From Candidatus Shapirobacteria bacterium (GTDB lineage Bacteria; Patescibacteriota; Microgenomatia; UBA12405), in contig JBAZYN010000001.1 of the NCBI GenBank assembly GCA_041659325.1, positions 430,819 through 494,818 of the forward strand: a stretch of 64,000 nucleotides of DNA, in the 5' to 3' direction. Position 1 is the stretch's first letter, and each line of letters begins with the position of its first letter. The translations under genes and the position numbers were made by a program. Positions 1-10,193 of the stretch are shown one piece after another. Under the pieces are notes generated by a model. The model saw nothing but the letters and a program-made list of their open reading frames with translations. It did no database searches and was not told where the DNA came from.

Positions 1-39
1 GCAGATTGTCCAAAAGTACCCTGTATTATACCAACAAAA

Positions 40-160
40 ACAAGCATAGCCACGTTTATTTGCAAAGCAAATTTAAGTGGCGTCGCCACGTTGTCCGATG
101 AAAAGTCGGACTTACGCGGCACAGCAACGTTTATTTGCGAAGCAAATATTACGTTGTGGC
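40..160. repeat. Palindromic tRNA-flanking repeat copies, CCACGTTTATTTGC(G/A)AAGCAAAT plus a GTCCGATGAAA(A/G)GTCGGAC hairpin
   Basis: Two units here match four near-identical units at 1852-1995. Both sets lie immediately 3' of minus-strand tRNAs. Each unit is a perfect inverted repeat. Confidence 0.8.
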
Positions 161-229
161 TGTTGAGGGACTCGGACCCCCGACATCTTCGATGTAAACG
201 AAGCGCTCTACCAACTGAGCTAAACAGCC
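157..229 (-). tRNA. tRNA-Val (anticodon TAC)
   Basis: The reverse complement folds as a cloverleaf: acceptor GGCTGTT/AACAGCC, anticodon loop TTTACAT, T-loop GGTCCGAGTCC. CCA is not encoded. Confidence 0.85.
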
Positions 230-278
230 ATCCTGGCCTATTTTACCAAAAAACCCAAAAATATCGCTTCGCAAAACG

Positions 279-1460
279 TTACAATTTGGCTACAGAGACC
301 GAAACATCCTTCTTAAAAAGTTTCCAGTATATAAATACTACCGGAAGTACTATTATTTCTCCAATTATTAATGCCTGGCCCGGGGATAGTTTGTCCGCAA
401 TAAAGCCTAATAAAAATGCAAATAATGCAAAGAACAAATTACCAGCAAGGCTGTTCAGGCTTACCATAGTTGCCCGTTGTTTATCAGTGAACTCCCTTTG
501 GAACATAGTATCTTTAGCTACAGAACCTACACCATACGAAAATGATGAACTAGCCATAAGAACAGGAGAAAATACACTTGGGTAAATGACTGCTATCAAA
601 CTAACAATATGACTGTAAATCTTCCCCGGCATGAATGACTTGAAATAACCAAATTTTTTAATAATTTTCCCACTAATGTTCATTCCGATTGCCGCCAAAA
701 TATTAGACAACATTCTGTATATCCCAATCGCCCATACCGGCCACAACAATGCAATAAAAGCCGAACTGAATTGATACATTGTCTCGCCGACTCCATATTC
801 AAGCACTGATGCGATGCTTAATAATCTTAGTTTTGAATTATCCTTAAATTTTAAAATAGCCTCTTTAAGGTGTGAATAGATATTTGTCCGGTCTGATTTA
901 TTTTGAATCTTTGGTTCAACCATCAAAAAACCTATATACAAACAGATCAATTGAGGTATTAGAGATAGCCACATCACAAAGGCAAATGAAAAATAAGCGA
1001 TTACTCCACCAAATAGTGCTGATCCGGCCAAAGCCCACTGAAACATAGAGCTAACTTTACCGGAATGCTCGGCATAATTCTCCTCTTGGCCATATTCTTT
1101 CAATGAATCATGCAGGAGTGCCTGATTATTACCACTGTAAAAAGACCTGGCTAATCCAGCAAAAATACTCCCCATCGCCAATATTAAAAAATTCGTCCCA
1201 ATTGCATAACATATCAATGTTAGAACTGCCATTAATGCCCCCAAAATAATCGTTTTTCTTCTGCCAATAAAGTCAGAGAAAATCCCGGTTGGTAATTCGA
1301 AAATGCTCGCAGACAACATCTCAATCGAAAGTACGGCTAATCCCAAAGTATAAGATCCGGAAACTTTCGCAAAGTAAATTATTGCCACAGGAGCATACGG
1401 TCTAAAGTCAGTGAAAAAGTTGAACCAAGTTAACAGCTTAATATTTCGATGAAATTCCAT
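279..1460 (-). CDS. Major facilitator superfamily transporter
   Basis: About 12 predicted transmembrane segments. The MFS-like motif GRRKTIILGALMAVL follows TM2. The ORF extends to 1544, but the conserved N-terminus begins at MEFHRN (ATG 1458-1460). Confidence 0.7.
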   Translation of the reverse strand: MEFHRNIKLLTWFNFFTDFRPYAPVAIIYFAKVSGSYTLGLAVLSIEMLSASIFELPTGIFSDFIGRRKTIILGALMAVLTLICYAIGTNFLILAMGSIFAGLARSFYSGNNQALLHDSLKEYGQEENYAEHSGKVSSMFQWALAGSALFGGVIAYFSFAFVMWLSLIPQLICLYIGFLMVEPKIQNKSDRTNIYSHLKEAILKFKDNSKLRLLSIASVLEYGVGETMYQFSSAFIALLWPVWAIGIYRMLSNILAAIGMNISGKIIKKFGYFKSFMPGKIYSHIVSLIAVIYPSVFSPVLMASSSFSYGVGSVAKDTMFQREFTDKQRATMVSLNSLAGNLFFALFAFLLGFIADKLSPGQALIIGEIIVLPVVFIYWKLFKKDVSVSVAKL

Positions 1461-1644
1461 GGTCTTATTATAGTAAAAACAGGGGTGATAAGGCGAATTT
1501 ATATTTTTATGAGAATAGGTCCAACTCTTATCGCCAGTATCCAAGATTTCCGGGCCAACAATAAAACATTATTATTTACTCGTACTCGGTAAAAACTTGA
1601 TTTTAGGAGAATTTTAAACTACGACACAACCATCATCATCTTTG

Positions 1645-1717
1645 AGCGAGAGACGGGACTCGAACCCGCGACCTTCTCCTTGGCAAGGAGACGCTCCACC
1701 AATTGAGCTACTCTCGC
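1645..1717 (-). tRNA. tRNA-Gly (anticodon GCC)
   Basis: Cloverleaf: GCGAGAG acceptor, anticodon stem TCTCC/GGAGA with loop TTGCCAA, T-loop TTCGAGT. Confidence 0.85.
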
Positions 1718-1744
1718 AAAATAATTCAAAAGAACAAAAATAAG

Positions 1745-1817
1745 TGCCGAAGGTTGGACTCGAACCAACATCCCAGGTTTTTCAGACCAGTGCCGTGACC
1801 ATCTTGGCTACTTCGGC
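1745..1817 (-). tRNA. tRNA-Phe (anticodon GAA)
   Basis: Cloverleaf: GCCGAAG acceptor, anticodon loop CTGAAAA with one T-T mismatch in the anticodon stem, T-arm GTTGG/CCAAC. Confidence 0.7.
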
Positions 1818-1851
1818 AAGAAGTATCTGTATTATATCAATTAATTTTTGC

Positions 1852-1995
1852 GCAGCCACGTTTATTTGCGAAGCAAATTTAGGTTGCATAGCAACGTTGT
1901 CCGATGAAAGGTCGGACTTATGTTGCATAGCAACATTTCCACCAAAGCAAATTTAGTTGCGCAGCCACGTTTATTTGCGAAGCAAATATTACGTG
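1852..1995. repeat. Palindromic tRNA-flanking repeat cluster (4 units)
   Basis: Same CCACGTTTATTTGCGAAGCAAAT and GTCCGATGAAAGGTCGGAC units as at 40-160. The cluster lies between tRNA-Phe and tRNA-Leu. Confidence 0.8.
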
Positions 1996-1996
1996 G

Positions 1997-2084
1997 TGCC
2001 ACGGGTGGGAGTCGAACCCACACATCCGGTTTTACGGATACGCCGTTCTGAGCGACGCTTGTCTACCAGTTTCAACACCATGGC
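1997..2084 (-). tRNA. tRNA-Leu (anticodon CAG), class II with long variable arm
   Basis: Acceptor GCCATGG/CCGTGGC, 11-nt D-loop, anticodon loop CTCAGAA, long variable arm. CCA is encoded at 1994-1996. Confidence 0.8.
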
Positions 2085-2274
2085 AAGTACCGATATTTTA
2101 TCATCCCAAAGGCCTAGCGCATAACACTCGCAAATTTGATAAAATATCCTGAAAAGCGCGGGATTAGTTAATCGGTATAACTTCACTTTTCCAAAGTGAA
2201 ATGATGGGTCCGACTCCCATATCCCGCTCAAAAAGAAACAAAAATAATAAATAAAAGTTAAATCAATTACATAT

Positions 2275-2628
2275 ATGAAGCTTTTGCCCATAAAACCAAC
2301 AATAAAATTTGATGATCTTGAGAAAATCGACATTCGTGTAGGAACAATCGAAAAAGTTGAAGACATCGAAAATTCAGATAAGTTGGTCCGGCTGACTGTT
2401 AATTTTGGAGATTTTAAGCGAATTATTTTGGTTGGAATGAAAAAAGAGCGAGAGAACCCAAAAGAAATTGAAGGGAGGCAGTCTTTGTTTGTCGTCAACC
2501 TCGAACCCAAAAAAATGATGGGCGAGTTTTCAGAGGGGATGATATTTGATATCGGATACACAAATGAAATTGTTCCGGTCCTATCTATGCCCGAAAAACA
2601 AGTTCCTGACGGGGTAAATGCAGGTTAG
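2275..2628 (+). CDS. tRNA-binding protein, EMAP/Myf (CsaA/Trbp111-like) domain
   Basis: A 117-aa single-domain protein with the OB-fold tRNA-binding domain signature (DIRVGTI...VNLEPKKMMG). Confidence 0.7.
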   Translation: MKLLPIKPTIKFDDLEKIDIRVGTIEKVEDIENSDKLVRLTVNFGDFKRIILVGMKKERENPKEIEGRQSLFVVNLEPKKMMGEFSEGMIFDIGYTNEIVPVLSMPEKQVPDGVNAG

Positions 2629-2655
2629 TACGGAAGATTAGAATAATTTTCATCG

Positions 2656-3003
2656 TCAAAAGCGAGGGTCCATCAAGGTTACGGATATAAAATAAATTAC
2701 AAGAAATAAAAGGGCAAGGACCGCATACCTCTCGAGTTTTGAGTTTTTCTTATTCATTATGACCTTCGGAATTGCCACTACAAGAAACACCTCAACCCCA
2801 AATGAAATAAATCCAAAACCCGCAATTACTTGCCGTATAAGAGGGGAGAACACTAATAAATCCTCGTTTACATTTCCAAAAAAATCCAAAAAAGTAGGAA
2901 TTTTGAAAATATCCTGGGTAATATCTTTCAAGAGATGAACTAAAACGACCAGGAAAAAAGCAGGAAGACAAAATCGCCAGATTTTATACAAATATTTCAT
3001 CAT
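2656..3003 (-). CDS. Hypothetical small membrane protein
   Basis: ORF with 3 hydrophobic helices. The start is uncertain; the ORF extends to 3051. Confidence 0.35.
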   Translation of the reverse strand: MMKYLYKIWRFCLPAFFLVVLVHLLKDITQDIFKIPTFLDFFGNVNEDLLVFSPLIRQVIAGFGFISFGVEVFLVVAIPKVIMNKKNSKLERYAVLALLFLVIYFISVTLMDPRF

Positions 3004-3153
3004 TAAATAAGCTAATTTTACTCCATTAATTAGCAGACCTCCGCTTCCCAATATTCTTCCAAAATATCGCCACTATTTTTTAACTGTAGTTTTTATCCTG
3101 GAAAATCCCATCCCGGAAACCGGAACCAAACCCAAAAGTAGTAAACTATAAAC

Positions 3154-3948
3154 ATGTTAGATAATTTTAGAATTTACGGGAAACCTCCATTTGCTGTCGT
3201 ATTGGTACACGGGGGTCCTGGCGCCCCGGGTGAGATGAAACCAGTGGCCAAAAATTTATCAAAAAACTTCAGTGTAATCGAGCCCCTCCAAACCAAAAAT
3301 TCCATTGATGGTCAAGTTGAAGAGCTCAAATTAGTAATTGAAAGAGAAACGACCCACCCTGTTTACTTGATTGGTTGGTCTTGGGGAGCTTGGCTTAGTT
3401 ATTTGCTTGCCGCCCATTACCCAAATTTGGTAAAAAAATTAATTTTGGTAAGTAGCGGACCGTTTGAAGCCAGTTACGCCGAGAGGATAATGAAAACAAG
3501 GTTAAAAAGATTGTCAACACCAGAGCAAAAAAGAGTTAATAAGATTATCCAATTACTCCAAACGGGAAAAGCCAATGACATCATTTTCAATGAATTTGGT
3601 AATTTAATGAATAAGGCAGATTCGTACAATCCACTTTCCCATCAGGGCAGGGGAGATATTGAAAAATCAAATTTTCAATCAGAAATTTATGAAAAAGTAT
3701 GGTCAGAAGCCGATGCTCTTCGAAATAGTGGCAAATTACTCAAAAGTGGAATAAAAATAACGTGTCCCGTAGTCGCAATTCATGGCGATTTTGATCCACA
3801 TCCCTCCGCGGGAGTTAAAAAGCCTCTATCGGCAATTTTAAAAAATTTCCGTTTTTATTTGCTAAAACAGTGTGGGCATCACCCCTGGTTTGAAAAAGAA
3901 GCTAAAGATAAATTTTATGAGATTTTATTTCAGGAGTTAAAATCCTAA
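3154..3948 (+). CDS. Alpha/beta-fold hydrolase
   Basis: An HGGPG oxyanion motif and a GWSWG nucleophile elbow (GxSxG). 264 aa. Confidence 0.65.
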   Translation: MLDNFRIYGKPPFAVVLVHGGPGAPGEMKPVAKNLSKNFSVIEPLQTKNSIDGQVEELKLVIERETTHPVYLIGWSWGAWLSYLLAAHYPNLVKKLILVSSGPFEASYAERIMKTRLKRLSTPEQKRVNKIIQLLQTGKANDIIFNEFGNLMNKADSYNPLSHQGRGDIEKSNFQSEIYEKVWSEADALRNSGKLLKSGIKITCPVVAIHGDFDPHPSAGVKKPLSAILKNFRFYLLKQCGHHPWFEKEAKDKFYEILFQELKS

Positions 3949-4119
3949 AATCTCTAACATCCAAGTACTCTTTGAAAATATTTAATTGCAAAATCAAGTC
4001 GGTCGTAAAAATAATGCCAAAGACCATTTATAATCCTGATCAATAAATCCGATTCAATCATAACATCAATCTTGTTAACACACGGGAATTATTATAAATA
4101 TACATAAATTGACAGTAGT

Positions 4120-4539
4120 GTGATAATAAATCAAATGCTAAAAGTTTATGTCGCGCATTCAGGAAATTTTGACTACAAAACAGAACTTTACACCCCCCTA
4201 AGGATCTCCTCCCTAAGCTCACAATATCATTTTGTCCTACCTCACGAAAGTAATGGATTCGTTAATTCCAAAGAAATAATAAAAAAGTCAGATTTAGTTA
4301 TGGCGGAGGTTTCCCATCCATCTACTGGCGTAGGTATTGAGTTGGGTTGGGCCGATAGTTACCACATACCAATCTTATGCTTCTACAAACAGGGAACAAA
4401 GCTCTCTGGTTCACTAAAAGCTATTTCTAGCGCTGTCGTTTCCTATTCTAATCCAACAGACATGCTTAAAAAAATCGAAGACTTTTTATCCGAGAAGTTT
4501 TCGATTAACCAGTTCAACTCTGACAACCCCACTCCATAA
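4120..4539 (+). CDS. Nucleoside 2-deoxyribosyltransferase-like protein
   Basis: A 139-aa protein with the motif STGVGIELGWA, which resembles the DSGTxFExG active-site region of the family. Confidence 0.4.
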   Translation: MIINQMLKVYVAHSGNFDYKTELYTPLRISSLSSQYHFVLPHESNGFVNSKEIIKKSDLVMAEVSHPSTGVGIELGWADSYHIPILCFYKQGTKLSGSLKAISSAVVSYSNPTDMLKKIEDFLSEKFSINQFNSDNPTP

Positions 4540-4559
4540 TATCCAAATACAGTCAAAAG

Positions 4560-5171
4560 ATGAAAGATTTATCTTCAAAAAAACAAACAAAAACCCGTGT
4601 TCACTTAAGCATTCCCGCCATACTGATATTCATCTACTCCCTAATAACAATATATTTCTTTTATTTCAAGTCAACAAGTGAAAGTTACAGCCTGACTCAA
4701 TCATGGAAGGAGTATTATGCTCTTGATGACTGGAACCTTTGCCTACATGCCCAAACAGATATTGACGGCGATGGTCAAAAAGACATTATCACTTGTACCA
4801 GCTGCGCGATTTTGTCCTCAGTTTCACCAAAAAACATCCCCACCAACAAGCAATGCCAGGAGCCGGGAATGTCGTCTATTGTCTTTCCCGACAACACCAC
4901 TACCATAGGCCAAAATTTAACTTCCTCAAAACCTTTTTTATATCAATGGCCCAAAAAATCATATTTTGTAAAAACGCAAAACAATGTTTGGAAGCATTAC
5001 GAAATGAACGGATTACAACTTAAAACCTACGAGTTGGGAGAAAATAATCTATTTATAGAAGTTAAGCCAACTATTTCTGATATAATTGACACGTTTACTT
5101 ATCAGATAAGCCATCTTGGACTACCTCTGGTTTTCTTCATTTTCAGCATCCCAACATGGTTCCATTCATAA
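4560..5171 (+). CDS. Hypothetical membrane-anchored protein
   Basis: ORF with an N-terminal TM helix, then a Cys-containing soluble region. Confidence 0.4.
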   Translation: MKDLSSKKQTKTRVHLSIPAILIFIYSLITIYFFYFKSTSESYSLTQSWKEYYALDDWNLCLHAQTDIDGDGQKDIITCTSCAILSSVSPKNIPTNKQCQEPGMSSIVFPDNTTTIGQNLTSSKPFLYQWPKKSYFVKTQNNVWKHYEMNGLQLKTYELGENNLFIEVKPTISDIIDTFTYQISHLGLPLVFFIFSIPTWFHS

Positions 5172-5231
5172 TAAATTAGTCGTTTTCTACCCATCGGAAC
5201 AGGGGATGAAACCAAAATACATTAACAATCC

Positions 5232-5316
5232 GCCGCTGTGGTGAAATTGGTATACACGCAAGACTTAAAATCTTGTGGTCTCAAAAACCGTGTGGGTTCG
5301 ATTCCCGCCAGCGGCA
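5232..5316 (+). tRNA. tRNA-Leu (anticodon TAA)
   Basis: Acceptor GCCGCTG/CAGCGGC, anticodon loop CTTAAAA, long variable arm, T-loop GGTTCGATTCC. Confidence 0.85.
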
Positions 5317-5553
5317 CTAAGTTATAAATTAAAGAATTATGGCATTAATTGACCGAATTTTAAGTCCATTTGGACTACAAATTACTCCCGTCAGAGAATT
5401 AGTCGTCCGAGACTCCAGGGGGAGAATTATTGATCGACATCCATTAACAATAAGACCTAATGGAACACCAGTGTTCGATGCTTCTGAAGTTGATACCGGA
5501 AATTCCCAATTTCCGGAAACAAGAAAAATTATTACAAGAATAATTTAAATTAT

Positions 5554-5627
5554 CGGGGATTGGCGCAATTGGCTAGCGCGCACGGTTTGGGACCGTGAGG
5601 CTGCAGGTTCGAATCCTGTATCCCCGA
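5554..5627 (+). tRNA. tRNA-Pro (anticodon TGG)
   Basis: Acceptor CGGGGAT/ATCCCCG, anticodon loop TTTGGGA, T-loop GGTTCGAATCC. Confidence 0.85.
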
Positions 5628-5674
5628 CTGAGATCGTCTTGTTTGTCGGATGATAATGGGTTAAATTAGTAAGG

Positions 5675-6499
5675 ATGATAGGATTAATGATCATTTTGGG
5701 GGTGATTTTGCAGTCATGGCTGTTAGTGGGAATACCCAAAAAAACAAATTTGTTGAAAACCTTAATAATATTTTCGATTTCGTTGCTGGTTCTGGGACTA
5801 TTTAAGCAGAAGCTTTTTGAAGATAAATCTGTGTCATTATTGATTTTCTTCTACATTTGCATTTTTAGTGAAGCTTTCCGTAATGAAGCCCTACCTGTAA
5901 TCAACGAAAAGGTGCTGGTGTCGTACCTGACATTATTGGGGTATGTGTTGGTAAAGGTATCAGTCTTGATGATTTTATTATGGGCAGATATTAGTCTAAT
6001 CATGCCGATAGCGGTGGTAATGGGGTTACTTTTTTGGCGAGTTTTTAGCAGTCGACCTTTTGGCGTGGCTGAAAAATTTTTGGCTTACACATTCTTTTTG
6101 GTGCTTTTGGTACTAGTCCAGACAGCTAGTTTTTTAACACAAGAGGCATTAATTGAACAAGATAGGATGCGGGGTGTTTCGAATTGGGAACTAATTTTGT
6201 GGGGGATGTCGATTCTCTATAGTAGTTTCTATATTTATCAGCTGTTAAGCCTTATCCCAATACCGAGTAAAACTCAGTCATTTTATCAAAAGTGGAAAGA
6301 TGTTAAAAGCCAGGTAAAATTATTTGTGAAAAAATATTCCGATAAACAGGCACAAAAGATAGAATTATTGTTTTTGGTTTTGCTGCAGGGGCTAATTTAT
6401 TGGGCCAATGAGAGGTGGCAACTGTATAGTTTTTTGGGTATAACAAGCTTATCAATAGTAGTGATTCCGCAGCTGTCGGCACACCTTGGTAAACATTAA
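5675..6499 (+). CDS. Hypothetical polytopic membrane protein
   Basis: A 274-aa ORF with about 8 hydrophobic helices. No recognisable catalytic motif. Confidence 0.45.
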   Translation: MIGLMIILGVILQSWLLVGIPKKTNLLKTLIIFSISLLVLGLFKQKLFEDKSVSLLIFFYICIFSEAFRNEALPVINEKVLVSYLTLLGYVLVKVSVLMILLWADISLIMPIAVVMGLLFWRVFSSRPFGVAEKFLAYTFFLVLLVLVQTASFLTQEALIEQDRMRGVSNWELILWGMSILYSSFYIYQLLSLIPIPSKTQSFYQKWKDVKSQVKLFVKKYSDKQAQKIELLFLVLLQGLIYWANERWQLYSFLGITSLSIVVIPQLSAHLGKH

Positions 6500-6603
6500 A
6501 AGATAGGTTTTAGTTTTCTACCCATATTTTGTCTGACATAATGTACATCAACATTTTTATATTAGCTAGTTTTAGGATTCAGTTATTAAATTTTTGCGTT
6601 TAG

Positions 6604-6730
6604 AGCCGACAGTTTTGTCCAATCGACCGTGTCTGCCATAGCTTTAGCGTCGGTGAGGCTCCGCCTCTTCGCCGCGCCCCACCCGCAGCATACCGCGCGA
6701 CCTGCCCGTGATAGGTGTCCCCAACTACGT
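6604..6730. ncRNA. GC-rich structured island, candidate small ncRNA (unresolved; weak resemblance to 5S rRNA or SRP RNA segments)
   Basis: About 125 nt at roughly 60% GC embedded in 35-40% GC intergenic DNA. It contains several local hairpins, for example CGGTGAGG...CTTCGCCG. There is no ORF. Confidence 0.25.
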
Positions 6731-6796
6731 TAGTCACAGTAAAAGTCTCCCTTGTCAAAGGGAGATTTAGAGGAATTAAAATATTATTTGTTATAA

Positions 6797-7900
<1,104 letters not shown>

Positions 7901-7902
7901 CT

Positions 7903-8964
7903 ATGGGAAAAACTTTTTTATGTATTAATTTCGGTTGCCGGGTCAACGCTGCCGAAACCAACCAATTCGCCCAAAAGTTAATTAGCGATGGTTATACTCC
8001 CCTCCTTTCTTCAAAGGAGGGGCCGGGGGTAGATTTAATCTTCATCAACACCTGTTCCGTCACCGCCAAAGCCAACATCGAATCTCTTGGCAAAATCCGC
8101 TCTCTTCGTCATCAGTACCCAAACGCAAAAATTGTCGTTTCTGGATGCGCCGATTTAAGAAATATTGAAGTATTACCGAATATTTCCATTATCAACAATG
8201 TTGAAAAAGAAAAAATTCTTGAAAAAATCAATGGCGCCTATCGCCCGCAAATAGGGGACAAGTTTAGTCATACCCACCGCTATATCTTAAAAGTTCAATC
8301 CGGCTGTACCCACAATTGCTCGTATTGTACCGTGCCCCAAAAAAGGCCATATCTGTGGTCTTTACCCATTACCACAGCCATCGATACGGTAAATCAGGCC
8401 ATAAAAAACGGCTATCAGGAAATCATCATCTCCGGCGTAAATCTCGACCAATACAAGTATGGTTTTTCCACCCTAATCGAATCTCTTTTAAAAAACACAT
8501 CCGTTCCCCTTATCTCCTTCGGCTCCATCCCCCTAAATTGCATCGATAGTCGCTTCCTTTCCCTAATGACAGATTACAGGTTACAGATTACCAATTTCCT
8601 CCATATTCCCCTCCAATCCGGCTCCGACAAAATCCTAAAACTCATGCACCGCCCTTACAATGTTAAAAAAATAAAAGAAATCTTTACTTCCTTAAAAAAT
8701 ATCACCCCCCGCCCTGTCAAGGGAGGGGCTGGGGGAGGGTTTAGTTTTGGTACCGACATCATTGTCGGCTTTCCCGGGGAAACCGATGCTGAATTTGAAG
8801 AAACATATAATTTGTGTAAACTTATCGGTTTTTCCAAAATCCACGTCTTTAGATTTTCCCACCGGCCCAATACTCTTATTACAGATTATTACAAATCGTG
8901 CCTTAAACCATCTAAAGTTGACATCAAATCCCGCGCCGAAAAACTCCGAAAACTTTCAACATAA
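7903..8964 (+). CDS. Radical-SAM methylthiotransferase, MiaB/MtaB/RimO family
   Basis: An N-terminal MTTase domain (INTCSVT), radical-SAM CxxxCxxC (CTHNCSYC), and 353 aa with no TRAM domain. Two in-frame Gly-rich insertions derive from the GGGAGGG repeat family. Confidence 0.8.
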   Translation: MGKTFLCINFGCRVNAAETNQFAQKLISDGYTPLLSSKEGPGVDLIFINTCSVTAKANIESLGKIRSLRHQYPNAKIVVSGCADLRNIEVLPNISIINNVEKEKILEKINGAYRPQIGDKFSHTHRYILKVQSGCTHNCSYCTVPQKRPYLWSLPITTAIDTVNQAIKNGYQEIIISGVNLDQYKYGFSTLIESLLKNTSVPLISFGSIPLNCIDSRFLSLMTDYRLQITNFLHIPLQSGSDKILKLMHRPYNVKKIKEIFTSLKNITPRPVKGGAGGGFSFGTDIIVGFPGETDAEFEETYNLCKLIGFSKIHVFRFSHRPNTLITDYYKSCLKPSKVDIKSRAEKLRKLST

Positions 8965-8966
8965 TG

Positions 8967-9004
8967 TTCTCCCTTGTCAAAGGGAGAATTAAAGAGGGAT
9001 TTAT
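8967..9004. repeat. Hairpin repeat element TTCTCCCTTGTCAAAGGGAGAA + TTAAAGAGGGATTTAT (family R1)
   Basis: Near-identical copies are at 6746-6777, 19588-19624, 22911-22957 and 54354-54390. Diverged copies are at 16690-16765, 42697-42749, 44228-44270, 47238-47276, 47419-47458 and 47481-47518. Intragenic copies are at 7998-8040, 8705-8748 and 54995-55034. Confidence 0.85.
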
Positions 9005-9069
9005 ATTGTTATTTCACCCTTTTTCTCCCCATTTACTAATTACTGATTACAAAGCTAATAATTTCTCCA

Positions 9070-10170
9070 TCACCTCCCAAACCACACTTCCATTTCATCA
9101 AAAACCGCATAGTTAAACGACACTTCCTGTCCCGGAAACCGCGCATTTTTACCCCAAATACAGGCTTTATTAACATCATCCCGCATTTGGCTAGAAATCC
9201 GTTTCAAGACATCATCAATAGTCTTTGTTTTTTTCATAATCAGCGGTTCTTTTTTATCACCCTCGGTATTTCTCTCATACCTCAGATATACCCGAACAAG
9301 TCCCAGCTCCCTCCAAATTTTTTCCTTTAATTCTTCCAGGCCAATCTCTTTATCCGCACTTAAAAATAATACTTCCCCGGTTTTTACTTTCGACTTTAGA
9401 CTTTCGACTTTAAAGTTATCAATTTTATTGATAATTCTCACTACCGGCATATATCTTCTGGATTTTGACAAGCCATCAATCAATACATCTACACTTTTGA
9501 TTTTTTCTCCAAACTGAATCAGAGCATTGTTATACCCCATTTCTTCGGCAATTTCCTCCACCAATTCTTTGTCAAAAGAATAATATGGATCAATAATTTG
9601 TATCGCTCCCTTATCAGTCCGGTTAATATGAATTTTGGGTGGTATCTGCCCCAATCTTATCCCCGATTTATAAAGTTCATTGGCCATAATATCCAGCCAC
9701 CCAATCCTTTTTACATCAGTCATTATCACCGCCAAGTCAGATGCTCTGATTACAGAAATCACTTTTTTCCCAAAACCTTTGTTTTCAGCCGCCCCCTCCA
9801 CAATACCGGGAAGATCCAAGATTTGAACTTTAACACCTTTATATTCCATCATTCCGGGGACCACGCCCAACGTAGTAAAATCATAATTTCCCACTTTCGA
9901 CTCAGCATTGGTCAGTTTATTGAGGAGTGTCGACTTTCCCACACTCGGTAGCCCCACCAAAACCACTGAAGCGTCACCGGAGTGTTTAATTGCATACCCT
10001 ACTCCTCCGCCTCCGCCTTTCCCCGACGAGCCCTGCAATTCATCCTGCAATTTAGCCATCTTGGCTTTCAAAAGTCCATGCAAGTGTTCCGTCCCTTTGT
10101 GGTATGGCGTGTCCCGAATCTCCTTCTCGATTCGAGACATCTTCATTTTTATTATTTCTTCTTTGGTCAT
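9070..10170 (-). CDS. DRG/Rbg-type Obg-family GTPase with C-terminal TGS domain
   Basis: An N-terminal helical region (TPYHKGTEHLHGLLKAKMAKL), G1 GLPSVGKST, G3 DLPG, then a TGS-like C-terminus. This architecture is typical of archaeal/eukaryotic DRG. Confidence 0.7.
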   Translation of the reverse strand: MTKEEIIKMKMSRIEKEIRDTPYHKGTEHLHGLLKAKMAKLQDELQGSSGKGGGGGVGYAIKHSGDASVVLVGLPSVGKSTLLNKLTNAESKVGNYDFTTLGVVPGMMEYKGVKVQILDLPGIVEGAAENKGFGKKVISVIRASDLAVIMTDVKRIGWLDIMANELYKSGIRLGQIPPKIHINRTDKGAIQIIDPYYSFDKELVEEIAEEMGYNNALIQFGEKIKSVDVLIDGLSKSRRYMPVVRIINKIDNFKVESLKSKVKTGEVLFLSADKEIGLEELKEKIWRELGLVRVYLRYERNTEGDKKEPLIMKKTKTIDDVLKRISSQMRDDVNKACIWGKNARFPGQEVSFNYAVFDEMEVWFGR

Positions 10171-10193
10171 TCTGATAAAATCACTAGATACAA

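Noticed and set aside
91-585. A 164-aa plus-strand ORF at the window start
   Set aside because: It overlaps tRNA-Val (157-229) and the palindromic repeats, then runs antisense into the MFS transporter gene. It is composition-driven.
1989-2561. A 190-aa minus-strand ORF
   Set aside because: It overlaps tRNA-Leu(CAG) and runs antisense through the conserved tRNA-binding-protein gene.
5339-5548. A 69-aa ORF between tRNA-Leu and tRNA-Pro
   Set aside because: It has no RBS-like sequence or recognisable motif and is squeezed between two tRNAs. It is possibly real but unsupported.
6604-6730. A confident 5S rRNA or SRP RNA call for the GC-rich island
   Set aside because: Only short segment resemblances were found, and the universal 5S loop C (CCGAAC) and SRP GGAA motifs are not evident. 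I kept it as a low-confidence candidate only.
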